This document shows positions 27,691 to 36,114 of a stretch of DNA of 64,000 nt, piece by piece; position 1 is the first letter of the stretch, and each line of letters opens with the position of its first letter. The stretch is taken from contig CAWEXO010000011.1 in the NCBI GenBank assembly GCA_963813025.1, positions 640,001 to 704,000 of the forward strand. The letters run 5' to 3'. The stretch comes from an uncultured Verrucomicrobiae bacterium. Lineage in GTDB: Bacteria > Verrucomicrobiota > Verrucomicrobiia > Chthoniobacterales > JAFAMB01. A program made the translations under genes and the position numbers. A model generated the notes under the pieces. That model had not been told where the DNA came from. It worked only from the letters and a program-made list of their open reading frames with translations, and did no database searches.

Positions 27691-28683
27691 ATGACGGGTT
27701 TCCGGGAGAAGCAGCTCCTCACCCTGCTTCGGCGAACCTCGCGTTCGTTTTACCTGAGCGTTCGATTGTTGCCGCGGCAGATCAGGTCGACCATCGCGCT
27801 CGCCTATCTGATCGCGCGCGCCACCGATACGATCGCCGATGCAAGCCGAGTGGCTCCTCATGCACGTATCGGACTTCTGGCTGAACTAGTAAATGCCCTG
27901 GCGCAGCCGGCCTCGGTGGCGCCGCTCGCCGATTACGCCGGAGTAGCGCTGGAAGCGACCGGTGCCGAGCGTCAACTCCTGACTCAGATTCCGGGATTGA
28001 TCGAGCGCCTTCGGCGTTTGCCCGCGGAGCACCGCCGCCTAGTCCTGGCAGTAGTGCAAATCATCGTGCGCGGTCAATCTCTCGATATTGAGCGGTTTGA
28101 AATGATCCCTGGCCCAAACGCTTTCCGGAACAGCGGCGAACTCGACGAGTACACCTATCTCGTTGCGGGATCTGTTGGCGAGTTCTGGACCAAGCTTTGC
28201 TGTGAGGAATGGCCGCGGTACGCCCGAATTCCCCAGAAAGACCTCATTTGCCTTGGAATAGCTTTTGGCCAAGGGCTTCAGCTTATTAACGTGCTTCGGG
28301 ATCTACCGGTCGATCTGGGAAATGGCCGGTGCTATCTGCCGCTGGGCGAACCGCCGTTTTCCCTCGATTCAGAAAAGACCGGAGTCGAGTTCCGGAAGTG
28401 GCGCGAAATCGCTTTCGAAAAGCTAGGCCTAGGTTGGCGGTATGTAGAGTCGATCCGGCCTCGCCGGATCAAATTCGCCTGCGCTTTGCCGATCCTGATC
28501 GGGATTCGCACGCTGAGCATGCTGAAGTCCGCGGAAACTCTCCGTGCGGGCTTAAAGATCTCCCGGGACGAGGTCTATCGCTTAATGATCGTCTCCTTGC
28601 TGGTCGCGGCGGTTCCACCGCTCGCCGAGCCAATATTCCGTCGCGAGCGACGGCAGCGGGAGAGTTCGTTGGCCAATCAATGA
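27691..28683 (+). CDS. Squalene/phytoene synthase family protein
   Basis: TSRSFYL, RATDTIAD, YTYLVAGSVG, GLQLINVLRD, GRCYLP. Confidence 0.9.
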   Translation: MTGFREKQLLTLLRRTSRSFYLSVRLLPRQIRSTIALAYLIARATDTIADASRVAPHARIGLLAELVNALAQPASVAPLADYAGVALEATGAERQLLTQIPGLIERLRRLPAEHRRLVLAVVQIIVRGQSLDIERFEMIPGPNAFRNSGELDEYTYLVAGSVGEFWTKLCCEEWPRYARIPQKDLICLGIAFGQGLQLINVLRDLPVDLGNGRCYLPLGEPPFSLDSEKTGVEFRKWREIAFEKLGLGWRYVESIRPRRIKFACALPILIGIRTLSMLKSAETLRAGLKISRDEVYRLMIVSLLVAAVPPLAEPIFRRERRQRESSLANQ

Positions 28684-28754
28684 AACTCTTCCAGAACGTT
28701 CTATTCCAAAGAAGCAGCAGAATTCCGGCGTAGCCGGGAATCCGCTGCCGACGG

Positions 28755-29876
28755 CTACTTGTTCTCTGCTGCCTGAAGCGCGTTTGCCGTAGTCAGAAAG
28801 TCCAGTGCGCGTTCCAGGACGACGTCTTTTAACTTCGGTTGCTGAGTCTTCGTCGTACCCTCTGCCTCGAGCACATCGAGTTCAGGGTTCTTTCCGGTAA
28901 CCAGAGCGGCTTCATTACTGTGCGGGCGCTCTTCCTCGGTGATGGAGGAAACGACGGAGCCGCTGTCTGTCGCGCGCAAGACGGCAGCTTCCTCGTCCAT
29001 CGGAACTTTAACGTCTATATCCGGGTGAACGCCGTCAGGAAAAAGCACCACGCCATTTGGCAATCGCACCGCCGCCACAGCGACATTGAGAAAAATAGCA
29101 GGTTGTACCGGGAACTTCTCATACTCCACCGCCCGCGCAGCCGTCTTTTCGCCAAGTAAGAGGGCATGACCTTCTGTTTTCAGAGCGCCAGCGATCGCTT
29201 CGGCCGGGCCGGCGGTATCAGGGCCGATCACCACGGCCAATAACCCGGTATAACTGGCATCGGTACTGCCGGAGAAACTGCGTTCGGTTGGACTGTTTTT
29301 CCCAATTAGCTGGAAAAAGGGTTTTCCCGATCCAAGAAAACGGCTCAGGACTTCCGCCGCCGCCGGATATTCATCGGTAAAATTGCTCGTTCGGAGATCG
29401 AGCACGACGCCGGCCACGTTGTGCGCCCGAAATTCGGAGATCGCGCTATCCACACGGGGCAATAGATCCTTGGAGAGAGTCCCCAGCCGAATGTAACCAA
29501 ACTGTCCATCGACGAGTTCGGCCTGGAAGGGTCGGGATGGACTGGTGGTCTGCTGATTTGGTCCTCTCTGCAGAAATGCACCTGGACCGATACGGGCGAG
29601 CAGGCCTTGCACCGTTGCCTGGGTAATCTCAGTACCCGTCAAAGCCTTTAGATCGACATAGTTAGTCCGAAGACGATCGATGATTGTGTCCAGCTCCTTC
29701 TGGTCGAGTTGATTGATGGCCGAGGTATCCCGGGGAGACGCGGTCGTGGTCGGAGAAGGAGCCGAGCTGCCCGTTGGCGGACTGGTAATCGCCCCGGCGC
29801 TGGTTAATGTCGCCATGCCCAGTTCGAGCAACGACCCCGCGAAGAGAAAAGACAAACAGCTAAAGATTCGGCGCAT
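28755..29876 (-). CDS. S41 (tail-specific) peptidase-like exported protein, catalytic residues apparently altered
   Basis: GYIRL, VVLDLR, VVIGPDTAGPAEAIAGALK, LLGEKT, GVHPDIDV, LERALDFL. Confidence 0.75.
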   Translation of the reverse strand: MRRIFSCLSFLFAGSLLELGMATLTSAGAITSPPTGSSAPSPTTTASPRDTSAINQLDQKELDTIIDRLRTNYVDLKALTGTEITQATVQGLLARIGPGAFLQRGPNQQTTSPSRPFQAELVDGQFGYIRLGTLSKDLLPRVDSAISEFRAHNVAGVVLDLRTSNFTDEYPAAAEVLSRFLGSGKPFFQLIGKNSPTERSFSGSTDASYTGLLAVVIGPDTAGPAEAIAGALKTEGHALLLGEKTAARAVEYEKFPVQPAIFLNVAVAAVRLPNGVVLFPDGVHPDIDVKVPMDEEAAVLRATDSGSVVSSITEEERPHSNEAALVTGKNPELDVLEAEGTTKTQQPKLKDVVLERALDFLTTANALQAAENK

Positions 29877-29881
29877 CACAG

Positions 29882-31141
29882 TCACTCCGTCGCAATGTCG
29901 CGGCGGAAATAGCAGCAATCAAAATGGATTTTCGCAACCGTCTCGTAGGCCAATTGCGCAGCTTGCGACAATGAGGGTTTGATGGCGGTCACGCCCAGAA
30001 CTCGGCCGCCGGAGGTAACGATTCGCTCTCCTTCCTGCCGGGTGCCGGCGTGGAAGAGCATCACTTCGGGCACACCAGTCAAAGACTCCAGGCCGGCGAG
30101 CGGTTTACCGGTCTCGTACCGGGAGGGGTAACCGCCCGAAGCCATGACCACACAGACGCTGGCCTGGTCGCTCCACTTGGCGCTAACCTGGCCGAGCCGT
30201 CGGTCAATGGTCGCTTCCAGCAGATCGACTAAGTCCGATTCCAGTCGAGGAAGAAGGACTTGCGTTTCCGGATCTCCGAACCGTGCGTTGAACTCGAGAA
30301 CCTTGATGCCTTCCGAGGTGAGCATCAGTCCGGGAAACAGGAGACCCCGATAGTCGATTTTGTCTTCCTGAATTCCGCGAAGAAACGGTTTCAGAACGGA
30401 ACGTTCGATCTCTTCGAGCAGTTCCCTGTTTATGGAGCGGGACGGACTGAAGGCTCCCATCCCGCCGGTGTTCGGGCCTCGGTTCCCATCGTAGAGCTGC
30501 TTATGATCTTGGGCCGTAGGAAACAGCAAATAACTTTCCCCGTCGACCAGGGCGTGCACCGAGCACTCGGTGCCCGCCAGGAATTCCTCGACCACAATCC
30601 TTTTCCCCGCTTCGCCAAACCGCCCGCTCTCCATCATGTCCCGAATAACCGTTACCGCGCTTGTTCGATCCTCGGCGATGATTACGCCTTTACCGAGAGA
30701 TAATCCGTCTGCCTTGATCGCCACCGGGAAACCGAACCTTTCCAGGGCGCCGATAGCCGCTTGCGACGAGTCAAATGATGCGTAGCTGGCTGTCGGAATC
30801 CCATGACGGACCATGAACGCCTTGGCGAAACTCTTCGAAGATTCAAGCTGTGCGGCCAGTCGAGCGGGGCCGAAAATTCGCAGACTATTTTGCTGAAAAA
30901 GATCGACGACGCCGGCGGCTAGCGCATCGTCCGGTCCCACGACCGTGAGATCGATGCTTTGATCCTGGGCGAATTGGACCAGTGCGTCGAGATCGCGAAT
31001 GTTGATCGGCACGTTGCGGGCAATCCGGCCTGTTCCGGCGTTCCCCGGCGCCACAAAGACTTCGCTGACCCGTGGTGACTGATTGATTTTCCAAGCTAAC
31101 GCGTGCTCTCGACCGCCACTGCCCAGGATCAGAACTCTCAT
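29882..31141 (-). CDS. purD: Phosphoribosylamine-glycine ligase
   Basis: LGSGGREHALAW, LESSKSFAK, QDHK, GPNTGGMGA, EFNARFGDPETQ, TSGGRVL. Confidence 0.97.
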   Translation of the reverse strand: MRVLILGSGGREHALAWKINQSPRVSEVFVAPGNAGTGRIARNVPINIRDLDALVQFAQDQSIDLTVVGPDDALAAGVVDLFQQNSLRIFGPARLAAQLESSKSFAKAFMVRHGIPTASYASFDSSQAAIGALERFGFPVAIKADGLSLGKGVIIAEDRTSAVTVIRDMMESGRFGEAGKRIVVEEFLAGTECSVHALVDGESYLLFPTAQDHKQLYDGNRGPNTGGMGAFSPSRSINRELLEEIERSVLKPFLRGIQEDKIDYRGLLFPGLMLTSEGIKVLEFNARFGDPETQVLLPRLESDLVDLLEATIDRRLGQVSAKWSDQASVCVVMASGGYPSRYETGKPLAGLESLTGVPEVMLFHAGTRQEGERIVTSGGRVLGVTAIKPSLSQAAQLAYETVAKIHFDCCYFRRDIATE

Positions 31142-31304
31142 ATTAGCGGCTCGCAGGCGAAGCGCCGCTCACAGATTGAAAGCGACAGTGGGCGATAATG
31201 CATAGTGTCACTCGTCTTTTACCATTAGTTAGCTAGTTCCCCAGAACTCTGCGCGTTCTTTTTGCGGCAAGAAACACTGGATTGATTGCCTTGGGCATCT
31301 CGAC

Positions 31305-31520
31305 GTAGAAAGTAGGCAGCAGTGGGTCGGCAGTTAAGACCGGTGTGGCATTGGAGCTTTATGCCCGATAGCTAGTTTGGTTCCGAGCGTTTTGGTTGTT
31401 GCATTAGCGAAGCTCCAGATCGGGTTGTTTGCCGATCTGGAGCTATCCTGTTTAGGAGATTTCTCTCTATCTACCAACTCGGGCCGATGCGCTGCAGTGT
31501 GAAAGCAAGAACAACATCTA
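31305..31520 (+). ncRNA. Candidate IS110 bridge RNA in the left non-coding end
   Basis: 13-bp perfect stem 31411-31423/31432-31444; small hairpins GGCAT/ATGCC and GAGA-TTTC-TCTC; TTAGGAG at 31452-31458 equals the element right end at 32922-32928; inference from IS110 biology. Confidence 0.5.
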
Positions 31521-31533
31521 ACCCAAGAGAGGT

Positions 31534-32925
31534 ATGGCAAAGAAAACCACGACCAAGCGAAAGAACAAATCAAAAACTCACCGGAGTGTTCTGGAACGGA
31601 TCAATCTCAAGGCCGCAGGAATCGATATCGGGGCGAATTTTCACCTGGTGGCCATTCCCGAAGACCGCGGCTCAGAAACGGTGCGCAAGTTTGGCCCTTT
31701 TACGAGCGATCTGCAGCGGATGGCTGACTGGCTGAGCGAACACCACATTGAGACCGTAGTGATGGAATCAACGGGGGTTTATTGGATACCGGTGTTCCAG
31801 ATTCTGGAGCAGAGAGGGTTGGAGGTAAAATTGGTCAACGCAGCTCATGTCAAGAATCTGCCTGGACGCAAAAGCGACGTCTCGGACTGCCAATGGCTTC
31901 AACAACTCCACACCTTTGGTCTTTTAAACGGCTCGTTCCGACCCAAGGACGAGGTCTGCGTCTTGCGCAGCTTCCTGCGCCTGCGCGACACCTTGGTTAA
32001 GGACTGCAGCAGCCATGTGTTACGCATGCAGAAGGCCTTAACCGAAATGAATATCCAAGTGCACCGCGTGTTGAGCGACATCACCGGTTATAGTGGCATG
32101 GCGATGATTCGGGCGATTTTGGCCGGAGAACGCAATCCGCTCAAGCTTGCCCAGATGAAACACCCCCAAGTGAAAGCATCCACTGATCAGATCGTCAAAG
32201 CCTTACAGGGAGATTACCGAGCCGAGCATCTCTTCGCCTTGCAAACGGCCCTGGAACTCTATGACACCTACCAGCTCAAGATCACCGCCTGCGAAAGCAA
32301 GATTGAGCAACAACTTGAGCAATTCGACACTAAACTAGATTTGGAGCAAGCCCTCGAGCAAAGCGGGGCGGCCCAAGCACGGTCGGCCCAAGTTCGCCTA
32401 GCCCTGCAGCGCCGAGCGCATCTGGCCAGCGTTTGTGGTGTCGATCTGAGTCAGTTGCCTGGCTTGAGCACCTTGGCGGTGGAAGTCATCATTTCGGAAA
32501 CGGGTTTAGACATGACCTGTTGGAAAAGCGAAAAACACTTTTGCTCCTGGCTTAAACTCTGTCCGGACAATCGCATCAGCGGCGGCAAACTGCTCAGTTC
32601 CAGCCCCAGAAAAACCAAGAATCGCGCGGCGGCCATGTTCCGGCTGGCGGCCCAAGGAGCCATGCAAAGTAAGACGGCCATCGGCGCTTTTATCCGCCGC
32701 ATCAAAGCCCGATTGGGGGCACCCACCGCCATCAACGCCGGAGCTCATAAACTGGCACGCTTGTTCTATCGCATGCTCAAGTTCGGAGCTGCCTATGTCG
32801 AGCAAGGGCAACTCTACTACGAGAAAAAATACAAAGACCGCCTACTTCACAATCTCAGCCGACGAGCCAAAGAATTCGGACTCCAACTCACGCCTCTAGA
32901 CCCAGCCACGGATTTAGTTTCTTAG
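31534..32925 (+). CDS. IS110-family DEDD transposase/recombinase
   Basis: AGIDIG, VVMESTGVYW, GRKSDVSDC (DEDD); C-terminal LPGLS, WLKLCPDNRISGGK, AHKLAR. Confidence 0.95.
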   Translation: MAKKTTTKRKNKSKTHRSVLERINLKAAGIDIGANFHLVAIPEDRGSETVRKFGPFTSDLQRMADWLSEHHIETVVMESTGVYWIPVFQILEQRGLEVKLVNAAHVKNLPGRKSDVSDCQWLQQLHTFGLLNGSFRPKDEVCVLRSFLRLRDTLVKDCSSHVLRMQKALTEMNIQVHRVLSDITGYSGMAMIRAILAGERNPLKLAQMKHPQVKASTDQIVKALQGDYRAEHLFALQTALELYDTYQLKITACESKIEQQLEQFDTKLDLEQALEQSGAAQARSAQVRLALQRRAHLASVCGVDLSQLPGLSTLAVEVIISETGLDMTCWKSEKHFCSWLKLCPDNRISGGKLLSSSPRKTKNRAAAMFRLAAQGAMQSKTAIGAFIRRIKARLGAPTAINAGAHKLARLFYRMLKFGAAYVEQGQLYYEKKYKDRLLHNLSRRAKEFGLQLTPLDPATDLVS

Positions 32926-33225
32926 GAGCCAGAGGTCATGGATGGACAAAAAGAAATCGGTTTGTTTTGGAACCGCCGGTAAGTAGCGATTCTACATCAG
33001 TCAGTAGGTTTAAAAACTTCGGTTAACCTTTTTTGCGTTATGCAAGTGGAACGCGGAGCACCAAGCAAAATGCTCGCGAACAACAATAATAGAAAATGAT
33101 CAATAGGTAACCGACTCGTTGGAATTTGCTATTGTGAGAGCAAACGGACCCTAGAGTCTGGGCCGAAACCATTCGAGCGGTCCTGCCGATCTCCTTAATA
33201 TGCTGAACATCCCTAGTCTTAACAG

Positions 33226-33945
33226 TCAGCGGCCACCCAGCAGATAGGTGGTTGGAACCGCCGGCAGAGTCGACTGGGAAACTGTAAAATGGTTGCCGAC
33301 CCGCACAATGTTTCCGGTGCCTCTCCAATCGAAGCTGCCAGTGTAGCTGATTGGAACAATGATTCTCGGGCGCAGCCGTTCAAGAGTTATCCGGCGTTTT
33401 TCGGCGTTGAAGTTGGGGACACCCCCGCCTGGAATGAAAAGGACATCCACAGGGCCAATATTCAGGGCTTCGGTGGGTGAGATGGCATCCTCGATCGCCC
33501 CCAGGTGACAGAAGCGTACGCCGTCCATTGACCAGACAAACGCGACGTTGATCCGGCCAGTTACCTCCAGGTTTTCCGAGCTGGTTCGAACACCCCGGAC
33601 CAGCAGTCCGCTCGCTCGATTCACGCCGGACGCCATCGAGCTCCGGAAAATTTGCGGCGACCCCGCCGCAAGATCCGCGTAACTGGCAAGCTCGTCCTCG
33701 TGGGTGATGAACACGGCGTCCGCAGGGACGCTGGCCACCTTTATGTTCACATGCGCGGCCGAAGGATTAAATGGATCGATCAGGATCGACAGGCCTATCG
33801 AGGAAGTGACAAGGAAAGAGCCCCGGCCCAGCCACTCAACAGTCGCTTGGCGTGGTCCGGACGGATATGGGTTTTCCCGACGGTGACGATGAAAGCAGCC
33901 AGTTAACGTGAGGGCCGCGAGAAGAAAGGGGAGACTTCGATGCAT
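33226..33945 (-). CDS. Lipoprotein with a metallo-beta-lactamase-like fold, metal ligands degenerate
   Basis: Lipobox LTGC; EWLGRGSF, ILIDPF, ITHEDELA, FCHLGAI, VDVLFIPGGG, PRIIVPISY. Confidence 0.7.
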   Translation of the reverse strand: MHRSLPFLLAALTLTGCFHRHRRENPYPSGPRQATVEWLGRGSFLVTSSIGLSILIDPFNPSAAHVNIKVASVPADAVFITHEDELASYADLAAGSPQIFRSSMASGVNRASGLLVRGVRTSSENLEVTGRINVAFVWSMDGVRFCHLGAIEDAISPTEALNIGPVDVLFIPGGGVPNFNAEKRRITLERLRPRIIVPISYTGSFDWRGTGNIVRVGNHFTVSQSTLPAVPTTYLLGGR

Positions 33946-34062
33946 GGTTCGATTTGGAGCTATAGAAAAACCGAGACTGACACAGAGGGATCGCGCGTTC
34001 AACGGTCTTCTCGGATCGCTTCCTCGCGGATCCGCGATCGAAACTTCAATTGTTCAAGGGCA

Positions 34063-34866
34063 CTAATGGCGCAAGGCGGTAACAATTCCCGCGGGTCCGT
34101 TCCAGCGCAGGCTCCCGCGGATCGCCCTGGTTACAAACCGCTTGGCCGAACGGCAGGCTGCCGCCAGATCTTTACCGCAGGCGAGGTTGGCGGCGATCGC
34201 CGCCGAGTAGGCGCAGCCTGTTCCGTGAGTCGAAATGCCAGCGACAAATCGGGCGGATAAACGGAGAATCCGTCCTTGTTGAGCAAGCAAGTCGACCGCG
34301 ATCCTTTGGTTGAGATGGCCGCCCTTCAGCAGGATAGGTTTTCCGAAACGTCGCTCGAGTTCGAGCACCGCTTTCCTCATCTCAGACTCATTCCGGACCC
34401 ATCGATTCAGGAGGACGCCGGCCTCATCGAGATTGGGAGTGATTACCGCTGCGAGCGGAAAAAGCCGGCCGGTGTATTGCTCGATCGCGGACGCTTCAAG
34501 CAACCGGTCTCCCGAACTTGCCACCATTACGGGATCGACCACGATGGGAGGCCGCCGCTCCACCGGAATTCTCTCCAGACATTCGCAGACCGCGTCGATA
34601 ATTTGACCCGAGCAGAGCATCCCGGTCTTTACGGCGGCAACCGGGAAATGTTGGAAGCTGAGCGCGACCTGTTCCCTGATCTGTTCCGGAGCAAGCAGAA
34701 AGATTCCCGAGACTTTCCCCGGAACCTCCGCCACGACGCAGGTCACCGCAGTCAAAGCGTATACCCGAAAATGAGAGAAGGTTTTCAGGTCAGCCTGGAT
34801 ACCCGCGCCAGCCGAGCTGTCCGAACCGGCGATGGTAAGGGCGATGGGGAAGGCTTCGCGTTTCAC
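34063..34866 (-). CDS. thiD: Hydroxymethylpyrimidine/phosphomethylpyrimidine kinase
   Basis: LTIAGSDSSAGAGIQADLKT, VKTGML, VVDPVM, ITPNLDEA, LKGGH, THGTGC. Confidence 0.95.
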   Translation of the reverse strand: MKREAFPIALTIAGSDSSAGAGIQADLKTFSHFRVYALTAVTCVVAEVPGKVSGIFLLAPEQIREQVALSFQHFPVAAVKTGMLCSGQIIDAVCECLERIPVERRPPIVVDPVMVASSGDRLLEASAIEQYTGRLFPLAAVITPNLDEAGVLLNRWVRNESEMRKAVLELERRFGKPILLKGGHLNQRIAVDLLAQQGRILRLSARFVAGISTHGTGCAYSAAIAANLACGKDLAAACRSAKRFVTRAIRGSLRWNGPAGIVTALRH

Positions 34867-34998
34867 CTTTCGGGTTTCACGTTTCGCGTTTCGCGTCTCA
34901 CGTTTGATGGTGCCAGTATCAGTATCAGTATCAGTGGGGTCAGCGAAAAGTATGTGATCCGCGTCTGACTCCTAGCACTAGCACTGGCACTGACACTA
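34861..34998. repeat. Short tandem repeats: (TTTCGCG/TTTCACG)n, then facing (CAGTAT)n and (CTAGCA/CTGGCA)n arrays
   Basis: Read directly; gtgccagt...actggcac closes an imperfect hairpin. Confidence 0.6.
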
Positions 34999-35050
34999 CC
35001 CAAAACGCTTCTTTCCAATTCCAGGCGAGAGTCGTAGTACTGGCTTTGAC

Positions 35051-35431
35051 GTGTTTCGAGAGCTTCCGGATGTCCGTGTGATAGTCGATAAGGTGATTTA
35101 CGTACCGACATTGGAGGCGCCTCCGGCTCGGCCCTTTCCGTTCGTTTATTTTATCACAATCGAGAATGGGTCGAGCGAAACGGTGACTATTCGCGGTCGT
35201 AAATGGGTCGTCACCGACGCTCGCGGCGAAACCATTGTCGTAGAAGGCGACGGAGTTGTGGGAGAATTGCCTCGGCTCCGGCCTGGTGAACGGTTCTCCT
35301 ACAACAGTTATCATGTGATCGGAGCGGATAGTGTCGCGGAAGGCTCTTTCCTTGGACTCTCTGAGGATGGAGACCCATTTGTGGTGCGGATCCCCCCGTT
35401 TGAGATGCGCGCGCCGAGTGAGGAAATCTAA
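35051..35431 (+). CDS. apaG: ApaG domain protein
   Basis: FVYFITIEN, RKWVVTD, VEGDGVVGELPRLRPGERFSYNS, VRIPPF. Confidence 0.9.
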   Translation: MFRELPDVRVIVDKVIYVPTLEAPPARPFPFVYFITIENGSSETVTIRGRKWVVTDARGETIVVEGDGVVGELPRLRPGERFSYNSYHVIGADSVAEGSFLGLSEDGDPFVVRIPPFEMRAPSEEI

Positions 35432-35448
35432 AGAATAAACCGCCGGCC

Positions 35449-35856
35449 TCAATCGTGGCCGGGTCGATCTTCGAGCGGAGGTTTTGCGGAGCGCTCGAGA
35501 ACATGCTTCAGAAACACATTTTTGTAGTTCTCAAAGACAGCAGTAACGATCGCCGCGTCGTCGGCGTAACCGGTTCGCGGGATTTCATCCGGAATGAGAT
35601 CGACCGCTTTCCGGACATAGGACAACGCGAAAGCCGCCTCCGCGATCGCAGTGTAAGGGATGTTTCTGTTGAGACCGGAGTGAAAGTCCTCGATGAGTTC
35701 GGCAAGAAATTCGACCTGATCGGCCAGATGAGGAAACTCCGTTATCTGGGTAACAGCGAGCCGGATATCGGAAAGCTGGCGCACGAGCTTTTCAAGTTTC
35801 CTCGGCGTGATCTTCCGGGCGCCATCGGCAATGAACTGCTGGAGTTCTTTTTTCAT
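35449..35856 (-). CDS. YkvA/DUF1232-like protein
   Basis: ALSYVRKAVDLIPDEIPRTGYADDAAIV. Confidence 0.75.
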   Translation of the reverse strand: MKKELQQFIADGARKITPRKLEKLVRQLSDIRLAVTQITEFPHLADQVEFLAELIEDFHSGLNRNIPYTAIAEAAFALSYVRKAVDLIPDEIPRTGYADDAAIVTAVFENYKNVFLKHVLERSAKPPLEDRPGHD

Positions 35857-35919
35857 CGAATGAATTAGTTGATCAGCTGGCCGGCCAACAGTCAATTGGG
35901 ACGACGAGACAGGAGTCCA

Positions 35920-35973
35920 GGAGTTCAGGGAAGTTCAGGGAAGTTCAGGGAAGTTCAGGGAAGTTCAGGGAAG
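35920..35973. repeat. Decamer tandem repeat (GAAGTTCAGG)n, about 5 copies; also near 9355-9373 and 15470-15492
   Basis: gagttcagggaagttcagggaagttcagggaagttcagggaagttcagggaag. Confidence 0.85.
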
Positions 35974-36114
35974 CACCAGCCAATGCCCCAGATTCACCGA
36001 TTTTCGCAGATTCAGAAAGAGTTTTCGAGCGGATTCCAGAGTTGCTTCCGGCAATCCATAATCTGTGAAAATCTGTGAAGGTCTGTGGTTCACAGGCCCT
36101 CTCCCGACGGTATT

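Larger units (their letters stand above)
31300..32928 (+). mobile_element. IS110-family element (left end approximate)
   Basis: IS110 transposase, ~230-bp structured non-coding leader, no long TIRs; right end probably at gtttcttaggag just after the stop. Confidence 0.8.

Noticed and set aside
34867..35050. TPP riboswitch upstream of thiD
   Set aside because: No recognisable CUGAGA/ACCUG core on the minus strand; the region is made of short tandem repeats
35920..35973. CRISPR or iteron array at (GAAGTTCAGG)n
   Set aside because: Direct 10-bp tandem with no spacers and no rep gene; a simple short tandem repeat
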